DNA of 64,000 nt from Hemitrygon akajei (lineage: Eukaryota). Location of the stretch: positions 324,043-388,042 of the forward strand of contig NC_133154.1 in assembly GCF_048418815.1 (NCBI RefSeq), read 5' to 3'. Numbering within the stretch: the stretch's first letter is position 1; every line of letters starts with the position of its first letter. Below are positions 48,501-60,229 of the stretch, in pieces. Below the pieces are notes generated by a model. The model ran no database searches. It was not told the DNA's origin and worked only from the letters and a program-made list of their open reading frames with translations. The position numbers were made by a program, and so were the translations under genes.

Positions 48501-49430
48501 GTCATTACCTTTATTACATGCACTTTCCAGCTCCCTTTACAATCTCAACCCACATCTTGGCTACTAGTTGGAGGGCTACATATGATTCCCGTAATGTTTT
48601 TTTTACCCTTGCAATTTCTTACAAAGATTCAACAATCTCTGACCCTACGTCACCTCTTTCTAAAGATGTAATTCCATCTCTTACCAACAGAGCCACACCA
48701 CTGCCTATCCCTTCCTGCCTGTCCTTTCAATACAATGTATATCCTTTGATGTTCAGCTCCCAGCTATGGCCATCTTTCAGCCACAACTCAGTGATGCCCA
48801 TATGTCATATCGACCAATCTCAAATTGCGCTAGAAGTTCATCTACCTTATTCCGAATGGAACAAGTATCCAAATACAGCACCTTCAGTCGTGCATTTTAC
48901 GCCCTTTTGAATTTTGCCTCTGTAGTACAAATTAACTCTTTACTCTGCCTGCATTTGTACCCAATCATTGCTTGTCCTTCCTTACATTCATGTTACATCC
49001 ATCATCTATTTGTAAACCTGCTAGCTGATCCTCAGCTCTGTCATCCTGGTTCCCATCCCCTGCCATATTAGTTTTAACTACTCCCAACAGCTCTAATAAA
49101 CTTGCCTGCAAGAATATTGGGCCCCCTTCAGATTCAAGTCCAACCCATCCTTTTTGTACAGGTCCCACCTGCCCCAGAACTCCCAATTATCCAGAGATCT
49201 GAATCCTGCCCCCACTCCAATTCTTCAGCCACTCTTTAATCTGCCACCTCACTCTACTCCTATCCTCACTGTCACGTGGCACAGGCAGCAATCCCGAGAT
49301 TACTACCCTTGAAGTCCTGCTTCTCAGCTTCCTTCCTAACTCCCTGTGTTCTTTTTTCAGGACCTCCTCCCCTTTTCTACCTATGTCACTGGTACCAAAT
49401 ACATACCACGACTTCTGGCTGCTCACCCTC
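45600..49430 (-). mobile_element. CR1-like LINE, near full length (ORF1 esterase remnant, EN, RT and tail), in MVP intron 3. The RT is interrupted by a nested insertion of about 730 bp at roughly 46800-47530.
   Basis: Minus-strand ORFs: esterase-like ELGRKLRSRTSRVVISGLLPVPRDSEDRSRV, ...VDKSPGPDGLLL..., NWKIANITPLFKKGGKQKKGNYWPVSLTSMVEKVLESIIKDEVQRF, then the insertion, then [63 protein letters not shown], and LERVQRRFTRMIPEMKGLTYE. Confidence 0.8.
46800..47530. mobile_element. Unclassified non-autonomous element nested in the LINE RT. Its 3' ~380 bp recurs at 50440-50800.
   Basis: Shared block ...cctttattagggagagagag(a/c)(a/g)cctgtggt.tgt.gaat.c.gg.tgaa...gtctttggggtaac...ttgctggtggggggagg...ttggggttc.aacatttaactgt...atttctctgacatta... 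Confidence 0.45.
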
Positions 49431-50439
49431 CCTTTTCAGGATATTGTGGACACGTCCAGAAACCTCTTGCACCCTGGCACCTGGGAGACAAGCTACCATC
49501 CATATTTCCTTTTTGCTTCCACAGAATTGAACCCTGTAACTGTTGCCATTACTTTCCTCCAAACACCTTAAAATTATGTTGTTGGCTAGAAAGAACTAAA
49601 ATCCAGAAATCAGTGAAGAGGAATGAGGTAAGGAGAGTGGAACAGACAAAGGCAATGCTTTTGTTCTTGCCATGTGTTTGCAGGAATGGAGGCAACCATT
49701 TTGTGAGTGTTCATGCAGCAGCTGCCATTTTGTGAACTGTTTCTTGATCTGCTAAAGAACAAAAGCAATATTACTTATGTCAGAAGGCTGAACAGAGAGC
49801 CATAAAGCAATACTGTTTCTAGCCTTGGGCCACACCCATACAGATTAGATTACGATCAAGAGAATGCCTAGTCAGGGCAGACTCCTTTTCCTGGGCATTA
49901 CCTTTCCCTATCTGTATGTTTATAGTGGGTGTGCACAGTTATTCAGTTGTGTAAATTCACATGCTTGTGAATTTAGCCAATAAAGGTAATTGTTGGTAAA
50001 TGCAGACCCTCGCTGTGCCCAACTAGTCATTATTTTTAGGATTATTACCTGTAACTCTGCCCTCTTAAATTAGCCATTTCCACCTTGGAAAAAGGTCTCT
50101 ACCAGTCCACTCTATCAATGCCTCTTATCACCTCTATCAAGTTGTCTCTTGTTGGATCAGGTGATACTGATCCAGAGGTTCTGTGGAAATCAGGAATGGT
50201 TATAAAACTTAATGCTTAAGACCACTTGATCAAGTGCTACAAGAACAAAGGACAAAGAAAGATAAAGAACTTGTGGCCGTTTCACACCCAGACAAAACAA
50301 TGTTCCAGTGATAATACTTAATCTAAAAACTAGACAGATTGAAGTGGTGTGACACCTGCAGCTGAAAAACATCCAGAAAATAGTCAGCTATACATAATTA
50401 ATAGAAAATTTACTCAACAATTACACATATATAGGTGTG

Positions 50440-50800
50440 AGACAGGGACACCTCTTTTTCCTTTATTAGGGAGAGAGAGCGCCTGTGGTATGTCGAATAC
50501 TGGGTGAACGAGTAGTCTTTGGGGTAACTGCAAGTCTGTGTCTTTATTGTTGCTTTGCTCACACTTGAGTGCTCGGTGGCGGGTGCCGATGCTTTTTTTT
50601 GCTGGTGGGGGGAGGGGGGATTGTTGCTTTGCTGCCGCTTACATGTGGGAGGGGAGCTGGGGGTGACTTTGGGGTTCTAACATTTAACTGTAGGGCTCTC
50701 CTCCGTTCTCCTGGATGGTTACGAAGAAAAACCATTTCAGGATGTGTATTGTAAACATTTCTCTGACATTAAATGTACATTTGAAACCTTTGATTATATA
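50440..50800. repeat. Second copy (3' part) of the unclassified ~380-bp repeat, in the same orientation as copy 1
   Basis: See 46800-47530. Confidence 0.45.
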
Positions 50801-50839
50801 TAATCTCAATCAAGCATGGGAGAGGTAACCTACGGTGAA

Positions 50840-51700
50840 AATAACAATTCTACATCCTAATGCAACATGCATCCTCCTTCACTCCAAAAAAAATGTCCCA
50901 ACAGCCTCTCCTCATAAGACACGCCCTCTAGTCCAGGCAGCAACTTGGTGAATCTCCTCTGCATCCCCTCTAAAGTTTCTACACTGTTCCTATAATGAGA
51001 AGGAGACCAGAACAGAACACAGCTGCAACATTGCCTCATGACTCTTGAACTCAATCCTCCTGCTACTGAAGACCAACACACCATACACCTTCTTAAACAC
51101 TCTTCAACTTGCACAACAACTTTGAGGGATCGATGGATAGGGATGCCAAGACCACTCTGTTCCTTCACATTACTAAGAAACCTACAATTAATCCTGTATT
51201 CTGCCTTCAAGATCAACCTGTCAAAGTGAATCACCTCTCCCATTTTAACTCCATATCCCCCTACACATCTCCTATCCGTGTACCAGTCCAAGTACCTTTT
51301 AAATATTGTTAATGTAGCTACCACAACCACTTCCTCTGGCCTTCTGGCCACATACACCTGTTCTTGTGATATCCTTTGATGCCCTGACTGATAAGACCAG
51401 AACAGAACTGAATTCAGTACTCCAAGCTTGGCCTAACCAGAGTTTATAAAGCTGAAATGTAACTTCCTGACCCTTGAGCTCAGTGCCTTGACTAATGAAG
51501 GCAGGTGTGCCGTACACCTTCCTTACCACCCTGTCAGCTTGTGTGGCCACCTTCATAGAGCTGTGGACATAGAACCAGGATCCCTCTGTATGTCAACACT
51601 GTCATTAATCTTGCCCTGTCACTTTACATTTGAACTCCCAAAGTGTAACACCTCACACTGTCTGGGTTAAACTCCAGCAGCTATTTCTCCCTCTGTATTT
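50840..51700 (-). mobile_element. CR1-like LINE 3' fragment, ending next to a G20 tract just inside MVP intron 3
   Basis: Minus-strand ORF ...IHRSLKVVVQVEECLRRCMVCWSSVAGGLSSRVMRQCCSCVLFWSPSHYRNSVETLEGMQRRFTKLLPGLEGVSYEERL plus a further tail ORF. Confidence 0.7.
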
Positions 51701-51709
51701 CCAGAGTGT

Positions 51710-51729
51710 GGGGGGGGGGGGGGGGGGGG
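51710..51729. repeat. G20 homopolymer (C20 on the MVP strand) at intron positions +11 to +30 after the exon 3 donor
   Basis: The sequence ...agagtgtggggggggggggggggggggatttgtgtacctggcc. The exon 3 donor G|gtacac lies at 51740/51739. Confidence 0.9.
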
Positions 51730-51739
51730 ATTTGTGTAC

Positions 51740-51863
51740 CTGGCCCCTCGAAGAGCCATTCGTCACCAGCCACGTGTTTCTCTCCCGATTCATCCTCGAA
51801 ATCCAGCAAGGCCACGAGGTGAAGGGCTGTGTTGGTCCTCACTACCTGCAGTGGGGTGGCTCC
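51740..51863 (-). CDS. MVP: MVP exon 3: [41 protein letters not shown](G)
   Basis: Acceptor ttacag|GGAGCC, donor CCAG|gtacac. Matches human [41 protein letters not shown]. Confidence 0.85.
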
Positions 51864-52025
51864 CTGTAATGGTGAGAAGGATGAGCACAGGAGGTGGTAT
51901 GGGGGGGTTTAGGAGAAAGGGGAGGGCAGAGGATAGAGGGTGGTGGCTGGGCAGCGGAGAGGACAATCATGGTGGACAGAGATGAAGAGGGAAGGGGAAA
52001 GGAGAGGTGTTCAGGCGGCACCCAC

Positions 52026-52221
52026 CTGGCCCAATTCTTCTCCCGGATACAGGGGGAAAGGGTCCTGAGCCAGCCGCACCTCCTGGTCACCATGCTTCAG
52101 CCGGACCTGGCCAAAACTGTCCAACAGCGGCCTCTGCTCATCATCCCGGACCACAGGGTTGACCACCACACAGTAGTGACGTGGAGGGACCGTCACCATA
52201 CGTGCCGGGGCAAACAGAACT
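52026..52221 (-). CDS. MVP: MVP exon 2: (R)[65 protein letters not shown]
   Basis: Acceptor cctccccag|A, donor CAG|gtgggt. Phase continues from exon 1. Similar to human [17 protein letters not shown]...DPFPLYPGE. Confidence 0.85.
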
Positions 52222-52585
52222 CTGGGGAGGGGGGCAGAACAAAATTGTAGAGTTTGAAATAATTTAGCTTCCTCAGTGACAATCAACACAATGAAATGTG
52301 TGTTGCCCACTGCTCTACTCTCAAGACCCATGACCATGGCTAGGTACAGTTCAAATAGTATCTATAAATCTGCCACCCTCCTCCTCCCACAACCACTCCT
52401 CCAAACCTTCCTCCCTCCACTCCCCTCCAAACCCCCCTCCCTCTCCCCACTCCACTCCAACTTTATTGCACTTTCCTGTAGCACAACTCCCACACCTCAC
52501 CCCACTGCACCCCCTTCCACAACTCCCTCCAAACCAACCCCCCACTCATTCAAAACATGCCCCTGCCAATTCCTCCCTCTCCGAC

Positions 52586-52707
52586 CTCTCATTGTCCTGC
52601 CGGATGTAGGTTTTTGGTCCGATCTCCACACGGGCCACGTTGCTGTTCTGATCCAGAATGTGGATGTAGTGATAGGGGGCAATACGGATAATCGATTCCT
52701 CTGCCAT
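52586..52707 (-). CDS. MVP: MVP coding exon 1: ATG at 52707-52705, encoding [40 protein letters not shown], ending in phase 2 (AG|gt)
   Basis: Read from the minus strand. Matches the human MVP N-terminus [42 protein letters not shown]. Donor CAGGACAATGAGAG|gtcgg. A probable acceptor ccaccag| lies 13 nt upstream of the ATG, which implies a non-coding 5' exon. Confidence 0.85.
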
Positions 52708-52739
52708 GCTCGTCCGTGACCTGGTGGAGGGGCACAGTG

Positions 52740-53400
52740 AGACAGCATAACACAACTCCCCACCTCCCTCGTCTCCATCAGCCCTAACCTTCCCTACACA
52801 CCTCCCCGTCTCCGTCAACCCCTCCCTCCCCTACACTTCTCCCCGTCTCCATCACCCTCTCCCTCCCCGTCTCTATCATTCCCTCCCTCCTCAACCCTGT
52901 CCCCATTTCCATCACCCACTCCCTCCCCAAAACCCCTTCCTGTCTCCTACACCCACCCATCTCCTGTACCTACTCCCACCCCTACACCCTACCCTCATCC
53001 CCTCTCCATCCCTCCCCTACACCCCACCGTCTCCTTCAGTCCCTCTCTCCCCTACATCCCTCCATCAGCATCTCCTGCCCCTACAACCCTCCTAATCTCC
53101 ATCACCACTCCCTGCCCATCTTTGTCACCCCTTGCTCCCTGCACCTGTTCCCATCACTCTCTCCTTCACCTACACCCCTCCCTGCCTCCAGCACCCTCTC
53201 CTACACCTCTGTCTCCATCACTCCTTCTCCCCTACACTGCTCCCAATCGCCCTCACTCCCTCCCTACACCCCTCCCCATCTCCCTCACTTCCTCCCCTAC
53301 ACCCCTCCCCATCTCCCTCACTTCCTCCGCCACACCCCTCCCCATCTCCCTCACTCTCTCCCCTTCCATCTCCTCATCCCCGGTGGAGAATGCAAATGCA
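52740..53400. repeat. CT-rich minisatellite family (core about 35 bp, cctacacccctccccatctccctcacttcctcc) between MVP coding exon 1 and the promoter region
   Basis: Direct reading. Related arrays in the opposite orientation lie at 62860-63130 and, as GA-rich forms, at 60400-60620 and 62080-62220. Confidence 0.85.
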
Positions 53401-54240
53401 ATGTTTGAATTCATTTCAAGAGGGTTAGAATGTCTTTGGCCTGAGGCTGGTGAATCTGTGGAATTTATTGCCATGGATGGCTGTGGGGGGCATGTCACTG
53501 GGTATATTTAAAGTGGAAGGTGATATGTTCTTTGTTAGTCAGGGTGTCAAAGTTTACAGGGAGAAGGCAAGAGAGTGGGGTTGAGAGGGATAATAAATAA
53601 TAAATCAGTCATTATGGAATGGCGGAGCAGACTCAACGGGCCGAATGGCCTAATTAGCACCGGAACAGTCCCATCGGCCCAAAATGTCGTACTGAACCAA
53701 TTAATAATCAATTGGCTAACTAAAGTAATCTGTTGTGCCTACACAATGTTCATATCCTTTCATTTTCCTCATCCTCACGTGCCTATCCAAATGTCCCTAA
53801 TGTTTCTGCCTCTACACCAGCCCAGGCACCCACCACTCAGTGGGTATAAACCTGCCCTTACATCTCCTTTGAAATTACCCCCCCTTACCTTAAATGCATG
53901 TCCTCTGGTATTAAATTTGTCCCCTGTGGGGGACAAGATACTCCCTCTCTACTCTAGCAGTGCTCCTCCCGATCTTATAAACCTCGATCGGAATCTCAGC
54001 CTCCGTCCTCCAGAAAAAACAACCCAAATTTCTCCAACCTCTCCTTACAGCTCACACCCTCAAATCCAGGCAGCATCCTGCTGAACCTCTTCTGCATCCT
54101 CTCCAAAGCCCCCACCTGTACTGTAATGGGGGGGGGGGCGACCGGAACCGTACGCAATATTCCAGATACAGCCTAGTTAGATATTTATAAAACTGCAATT
54201 TATCTTTCCAACTCAGCGTCTTGACTAATAAAGGCAAACA
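53400..54240. mobile_element. Two abutting CR1-like 3' fragments: plus-strand tail at 53400-53650 and minus-strand 3' end at 53650-54240
   Basis: The plus-strand fragment encodes ...ISRGLECLWPEAGESVEFIAMDGCGGHVTGYI... and has a 3'UTR reading ...ggcggagcagactcaacgggccgaatggcctaat. The second piece starts with the reverse complement of the ...cccacaatgttgtgc... 3'UTR variant. Confidence 0.55.
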
Positions 54241-54439
54241 TGCTCCCCGTCAACCTGCAACATTCTACTTCAACGTCTTCTGTTCCAGAGAAAGCTTGGG
54301 GAAGGGCAGCAGACTCGAGCAGTTCCCTCCCCTGTCCAACACCCACTGCCCTCCCTCTGCGACCAACCTTCTCCTCTCCCACACGCAAATTCCCTGTTTG
54401 TTCTTGGCTGCCAAAGCAACCATCTTACCAAACAGTAAA

Positions 54440-54600
54440 CACATGAGATTGTGCAGGAAACGCTGGAGATGCTCAGCAGGTGAGGCAGTGTCATCAGTCG
54501 GTTTAGTCCTGATGAAGGGTCTCATCCGGAAACATCGACTGTTTATCCCGTTCCATCTCTGGAGCCAGACTTGCTGAGTTTCTCCAGCGATTTGTGTGTG
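54440..54600. mobile_element. Complete but divergent copy of the hairpin MITE-like family, directly next to the MVP CpG island
   Basis: ...cgctggagatgctcagcaggtgaggcagtgtcatcagtcggtttagtcctgatgaagggtctcatccggaaacatcgactgtttatcccgttccatctctggagccagacttgctgagtttctccagcgatttgtgtg... Confidence 0.5.
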
Positions 54601-55060
54601 TGTTGCGGAACGGGAGGCCCGGTGTCAGCTTCCTCTTCCTGTTTGCATCCCGACCGAGTTGTGGGAATGATGAGGGAGACGCAGAGTGGATGGGAAATTG
54701 TCAGGAAACGGGGGGTCCCGTTGGCTGTTTGTCCACTGTCGTCCTGTCTTCAGCTGCTTCGCTGATCTTAGGGTGCGATGGGATCTTACCGTAACCCCGC
54801 ACCGGCAAGAAAAACGAGTCACCGAGGAATCCACTCGTAGGTTTGCGAACTCACTGCCCCGGTGCCTGCGAGTCCAGTCACTCCCACTTCACATCACGTC
54901 CCGCCCCGCATCTGAGAAATTTGACGCAAATTAGGCCTCACCCCTCCTCCTCCTCCGGAGTCCGACACTGTCAATTTTAACGCTCCGGGTGCTAGCCTGA
55001 TCCAAACGAAACTCAGGCTGCGGCGGGTCGGGGGCCACCTCCCAAACTACCCCACGGCTG
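54590..55060 (-). promoter_or_regulatory. MVP: CpG island 1.9-2.3 kb upstream of the MVP start codon. It is the likely MVP promoter and non-coding 5' exon.
   Basis: CpG dinucleotides are markedly enriched in this stretch (gcggaacgggaggcccggtg...cgcaccggcaag...gctgcggcgggtcgggggcc) and the region is not derived from a repeat. An acceptor just 5' of the ATG implies an upstream non-coding exon. Human MVP also has a non-coding first exon. Confidence 0.45.
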
Positions 55061-55376
55061 GGAAACCCACCCACAGACCCCAAGCAGCCACTCAGCCCGT
55101 CTAGACCAGCATGGAGGGTTAGGACGGGAGCTGTGTGGTTTGGTGGAATGGTGACCCAGGGATAAACTTTCCGGGCTCTACATTCCTGTACTCCCCTCCC
55201 TCCGTTCACCTTTATTTCTATTCCAAATGACCCCCACCCTCACGTCTCCGCCCCTGTAAACCTCAATGCCTCCCTCACCCCTCTAACTCCCCCCAAACCT
55301 ACCCTCACATCTAACCAACATCTCCCTCCCCACCCCCTCTCACCAACTCTCCCTTCTCGCACCCCCCCCCCCCCGC

Positions 55377-55670
55377 TTGTCTGTCACCCTCTCTGTCCCC
55401 TCCCGATCTCCAACACCCCCTATAATGGGGAAGCCTTGGACCAGAGGGCACAGCCTCAGAATAGAGGGACGGCCCTTTACAACAGAAATTAGGAATTTCT
55501 TTAGCCAGAGGGTGGTGAATCTGTGGAATTCATTGCCACAGTCAGCTATGGAGGCCGGTCATTGGGTATATTTAATGCAGAGGGTGATATGTTCTTGATT
55601 AGTCAGGGTATCAAAGGTTACATGGAAAAGGCAGGTGATTGAGGTTGAGAGGGAGAATAAATCACAATAG
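55377..55670 (+). mobile_element. CR1-like tail and 3'UTR fragment
   Basis: Encodes GKPWTRGHSLRIEGRPFTTEIRNFFSQRVVNLWNSLPQSAMEAG. Confidence 0.7.
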
Positions 55671-55674
55671 ACAA

Positions 55675-58400
55675 TAGGTGCAGAAGTAGACCATTTGGCC
55701 CTTTGAGCCTGCACCGCCATTCTGAGATCATGGCTGATCATCTACTATCAATACCCGGTTCCTGCCTTGTCCCCATATCCCTTGGTTCTCCTATCCATAA
55801 GATACCTATCTAGCTCCTTCTTGAAAGCATCCAGAGAATTGGCCTCCACTACCTTCCGAGGCAGTGCATTCCAGACCCCCACAACTCTCTGGGAGAAGTT
55901 TTTCTTTAACTCTGTCCTAAATGACCTACCCCTTATTCTCAAACCATGCCCCCTGGTACTGGACTCTCCCAGCATCTGGAACATATTTCCTGCCTCTATC
56001 TTGTCCAATCCCTTAATAATCTTATATGTTGCAATCAGATCCCCTCTCAATCTCCTTAATCCCAACGTGTACAAGCCCAGTCTCTCTAACCTCTCTGCGT
56101 AAGACAGTCCGGACATCCCAAGAATTAACCTCGTGAATCTACGCTGCACTTAACCCTGGAGGCCAAAACTGTACACAATACTCCAGGTGTGGTCTCACCA
56201 GGGCCCTGTACAAGTGCAAAAGAATTTCCTTGCTCTTGTACTCAATTCCCTTTGTAATAAAGGCCAACATTCCATTAGCCTTCTTCACTGCCTGCTGCAC
56301 TTGCTCATTCACCTTCAGTGACTGATGAACAAGTACTCCTAGATCTCTTTGTATTTCTCCTTTACCTAACTCTACACCGTTCAGATAATAATCTGTCTTC
56401 CTGTTCTTACTCCCAAAGTGGATAACCTCATACTTATTCACATTAAACGTCATCTGCCAAGTATCTGCCCACTCACCCAGCCTATCCAAGTCACCCTGAA
56501 TTCTCCTAACATGTCACACTGCCACCCAGCTTAGCATCATCAGCAAACTTGCTGTTATTCTCAATGCCCTCATCTAAATCATTTATGTAAATCGTAAACA
56601 GCTGTGGTCCCAATACCGAGCCCTGTGGCACCCCACTAGTCACCACCTGCCATTCCGAGAAACACCCATTCACCGCTACCCTTTGCTTTCTATCTGCCAA
56701 TCAGTTTTCTATCCATGTCAATGTCTTCCCCCCGATGCCCTGAGCTTTGATTTTACCCACCAATCTCCTATGTGGGACCTTATCAAATGCCTTTTGAAAA
56801 TCGAGGTACACTACATCCACTGGATCTCCCTTGTCTAACTTCCTGGTTACATCCTTGAAAAACTCCAATAGATTAGTCAAGCATGATTTGCCCTTGGTAA
56901 ATCCATGCTGGCTCGGCCCAATCCTATCACTGCTATCTAGATATGCCACTATTTCGTCTTTAATAATGGACTCTAGCATCTTCCCCACTACTGATGTTAG
57001 GCTGACAGGACGATAGTTCTCTGTTTTCTCCCTCCCTCCTTTCTTAAAAAGTGGAATAACATTAGCCATTCTCCAATCCTCAGGAACTGATCCTGAATCT
57101 AAGGAACATTGAAAAATGATTACCAATGCATCCGCAATTTCCGGGGCCATCTCCTTTAGTACCCTAGGATGCAGACCATCTGGACCTGGGGATTTGTCAG
57201 CCTTCAGTCCCATCAGTCTTCTCATCACCGTTTCCTTCCGAATGTCAATCTGTTTCATTTCCTCTGTTACCCTATGTCCTTGGCCCATCCATACATCTGG
57301 GAGATTGCTTGCGTCTTCTCTAATGAAGACAGATCTAAAGTACTTACTAAATTCTTCTGCCATTTCTGTTTCCCATAACAATTTCACCCAATTCATTCTT
57401 CAAGGGCCCAACATTGTTCTTAACTATCTTCTTTCTCTTCACGTAACTAAAAAAGCTTTTGCTATCCTCCTTTATATTCCTGGCTAGCTTGCGTTCGTAT
57501 CTCATTTTTTCTCCCCGTATTGCCTTTTTACTTAAGTTTTGTTGTTCCTTAAAAACTTCCCAATCATCTGTCCTCCCACTCACCTTAGCTCTGTCATACT
57601 TCCTTTTTTTAAAAAAAAATGCTATGCAATCTCTGACTTCCTTTGTCAACCACTGCAGCCCCTTTCCCCCCTTTGAATCCTTCCTTCTCCGGGGGATGAA
57701 CTGATTTTGCACCTTGTGCATAATTCCCAAGAATACCTGCCATTGCTGTTCCACTGTCTTTTCTGCTAGGATATCCTTCCATTTAACTTTGGCCAGCTCC
57801 TCCCTCATGGCTCCATAGTCTCCTTTGTTCAACTGCAACAATGACACCTCCGATCTGCCCTTATCCTTCTCAAATTGCAGATAAAAACTTATCATATTAT
57901 GGTCACTACCTCCTAATGGCTCCTTTACTTCAAGATCACTTATCAAATCCTGTTCATTACACAAGACTAAATCCAGAATAGCCTTGTCCCTGGTCGGCTC
58001 TCATACAAGCTGTTCCAAGAATGCATCCCGTAGGCACTCTACAAACTCACTATCCTTGGGTCCAGCACCAACCTGATTCTCCAATTCACCTGCATGTTGA
58101 AATCCCCCATAACTACTGTGACATTACCTTTGCCACATGCCAATGTTAACTCCCTATTCAACTTGCACCCAATATCCATGCTACTGTTTGGTGGCCTGTA
58201 GACAACACCCATTAGGGTCATTTTGCCCTTATTGTTCCTCAGTTCTATCCACACAGACTCCACTTCTCCTGATCCTATGTCCCCCCTTGCAAAGGACTGA
58301 ATCTCATTCCTCACCAACAGGGCCACCCCACCCCCTCTGCCCACATTTCTGTCCCTACGATAGCATGTATACCCTTGTACATTCATTCCACAATGGTGGA
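55675..58400 (-). mobile_element. Young CR1-like LINE, near-complete ORF2 (EN N-terminus through tail and 3'UTR) with a few frameshifts, between CDIPT and MVP. It is the inverted partner of 39195-41565.
   Basis: Minus-strand ORFs: endonuclease MNVQGYTCYRRDRNVGRGGGVALLVRNEIQSF...MGVVYRPPNSSMDIG and ...GGSDHNMISFYLQFEKDKGRSEVSLLQLNKGDYG...; RT ...VDKSPGPDGLHPRVLKEMAPEIADAL...[126 protein letters not shown] and ...[15 protein letters not shown]...; tail RLRGDLIATYKIIKGLDKIEAGNMFQMLGESSTRGHGLRIRGRSFR. Confidence 0.9.
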
Positions 58401-58639
58401 ATGACTGCAGACTCTATGAGCTGATTGGCCTAGCAAGAACAGTATAGCACAGGAACAGGCCCACAATGTTATGCACAACCAATTAAGTTAGTAATCATTG
58501 GCCAAATAATCTCTTCTGCCTACACTATGTCAATATCTCTCCCCCTCTTCCTTCCCTCTCAAAGTTCACAGTAAATTTATTTTCAAAATACCTATACGTC
58601 ACAGTATTCTACTCTGAAATTCATCATCTTACAATAGAA

Positions 58640-59600
58640 TCAATGAAAAACTACACACAGACAACCAACATGCAAGGAAGACAAACTGTGCAAATACAAG
58701 AAAAATAAATAAGTAATAAATATCAAGACCATGAGTTGTCGAGGCAAGCCTTGAACATGAGTCCATAGGTTGTGCAATCTGTTCAGAGTTGGGGTGAGTG
58801 AAGTTATCCCCTGATGGTCGAGGTTGTTCCTGAACCTGGTGGGGTGAGACCTGAGGCTCCTGGACCTCCTTCCCAAGCAGTGAGAAGAGAGCACGTCCTG
58901 GGTGGTGTGGGTCCCTGATGATGGATGCTGCATTCCTGCAAAAGTATTCCATGTTGATGTGCTCAAGGGTGGGGTGGGCTTTGCCCGTGATGGACTGGGC
59001 TGTAGCCACTGTGTTTTTGTAGTCAATGGCTTTGCTGTTTCCACACCCGGCTCCGAAGCAGCCACCACGTATCTGTAGGAGTTTGACAAAGTTTTAGATG
59101 TTATGCCAAATCTCCACAAACTCCTAAGGAAATAGAGGCACTGTCATGCCTCCTTCGTAATGACACATACGTGATGGGCCCAGAACAGGTCATCTGGAAT
59201 AGTAACCACTCCCTCTCTTCTTGACCCTCTCCACCTCTGATCCTCCGACGAGGGCTGGCTCATGGATCTTCAGTCTCCTCCTCCTGAAGTCAATGATCAT
59301 CCCCTTGGTCTTGCTGATGTTGAGTGAGAGGTCGTTACTGTGGTACCACTCAGCCAGATTTTCAATCTCCCTCAATGCTGGTGTCGTTGGCCAACTTGAA
59401 TATGGTATTGGAGCCATCTCACTCACACTTCCCTCTTTCCCCACCCCTCCGAACTCAGTAACAACGCCAATCTCTGAGTGACAAAGGGATTTATTAACCA
59501 GTTGCTCCACACGCCGTATCCTCGGGTCCCCGAAGAGGGTTGAAGATGGCTCCCCACCTCCCCCAGAACCTGTCATCCCCTTGATTTTGCCCATCCCTCT
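58640..59600 (-). mobile_element. LINE family B 3' fragment, degenerate
   Basis: Minus-strand ORFs ...NISKTKGMIIDFRRRR..., ...IIRDPHHPGRALFSLLGKEVQEPQVSPHQV..., and ...GRRSRSLRSHPTRFRNN... Confidence 0.6.
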
Positions 59601-59639
59601 CTGGGATTGCCAAGGGTGGGGCCACTACCCCCCCCCCAA

Positions 59640-60060
59640 TAGCCAGGGTTCCTTCCCTCCTTCATACACTTTCCATCCCTCTATCTCCCTCTCTCCTCCC
59701 CTCCGACACCAACTCCATCCCTCTTTAGCTCCAAATCTTCCACCCTGATCCCCCCTCCTTGATGTACTCCTTCCCTCTCTCCCCCTCCGACCCTCTCCAT
59801 CCTCATCCTTTCTCTCTCACTCTCCACCTCTCACCCACCCAACACTCCTTCACTCTCCCTCCTTGCCACACTCCTCTCCATCCCGAGCCCCTCCCTCTCT
59901 CCCTGACACACTCTCTTTAATCCTGTCTGTCACATGCCCTCACCCTCCTTCTCTCTCCCTCCCACTCCCTGTCACACTATTCCTCTCTCTCTCTCCCTCC
60001 CTCCAATACACTGCTTCCCTTTCTGACCCCCTCCCCCCGATACTCACCATCCCCCCCCCT
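59640..60060. repeat. CT-rich low-complexity or minisatellite tract just 3' of CDIPT
   Basis: Direct reading (...ccctctatctccctctctcctcccctccgacacc...). Confidence 0.8.
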
Positions 60061-60229
60061 CATCCTCACCCTTTTTGCCAGGAGGAGGAGGTTTGGAGGT
60101 CTTACCCCTCACCCATTCTCACCACGATTGTTAGGGTGGTGTGAATCCTTAGGCACTGGCTCCTCCCTCAGACAGTGCTGGGGGGGGGGGGGGTGTCTGG
60201 GTCTCTCTCTCTCTCCCCCCCACAACCCA

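Larger units (their letters stand above)
30793..52707 (-). other. MVP: MVP gene body (coding exons 1-15 located; the terminal coding exon and 3'UTR were not found and are probably at coordinates below 30793)
   Basis: Chain of 15 minus-strand exons with GT-AG boundaries and consistent phases. The conceptual protein matches the vertebrate major vault protein from residue 1 to about 812. Confidence 0.85.
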
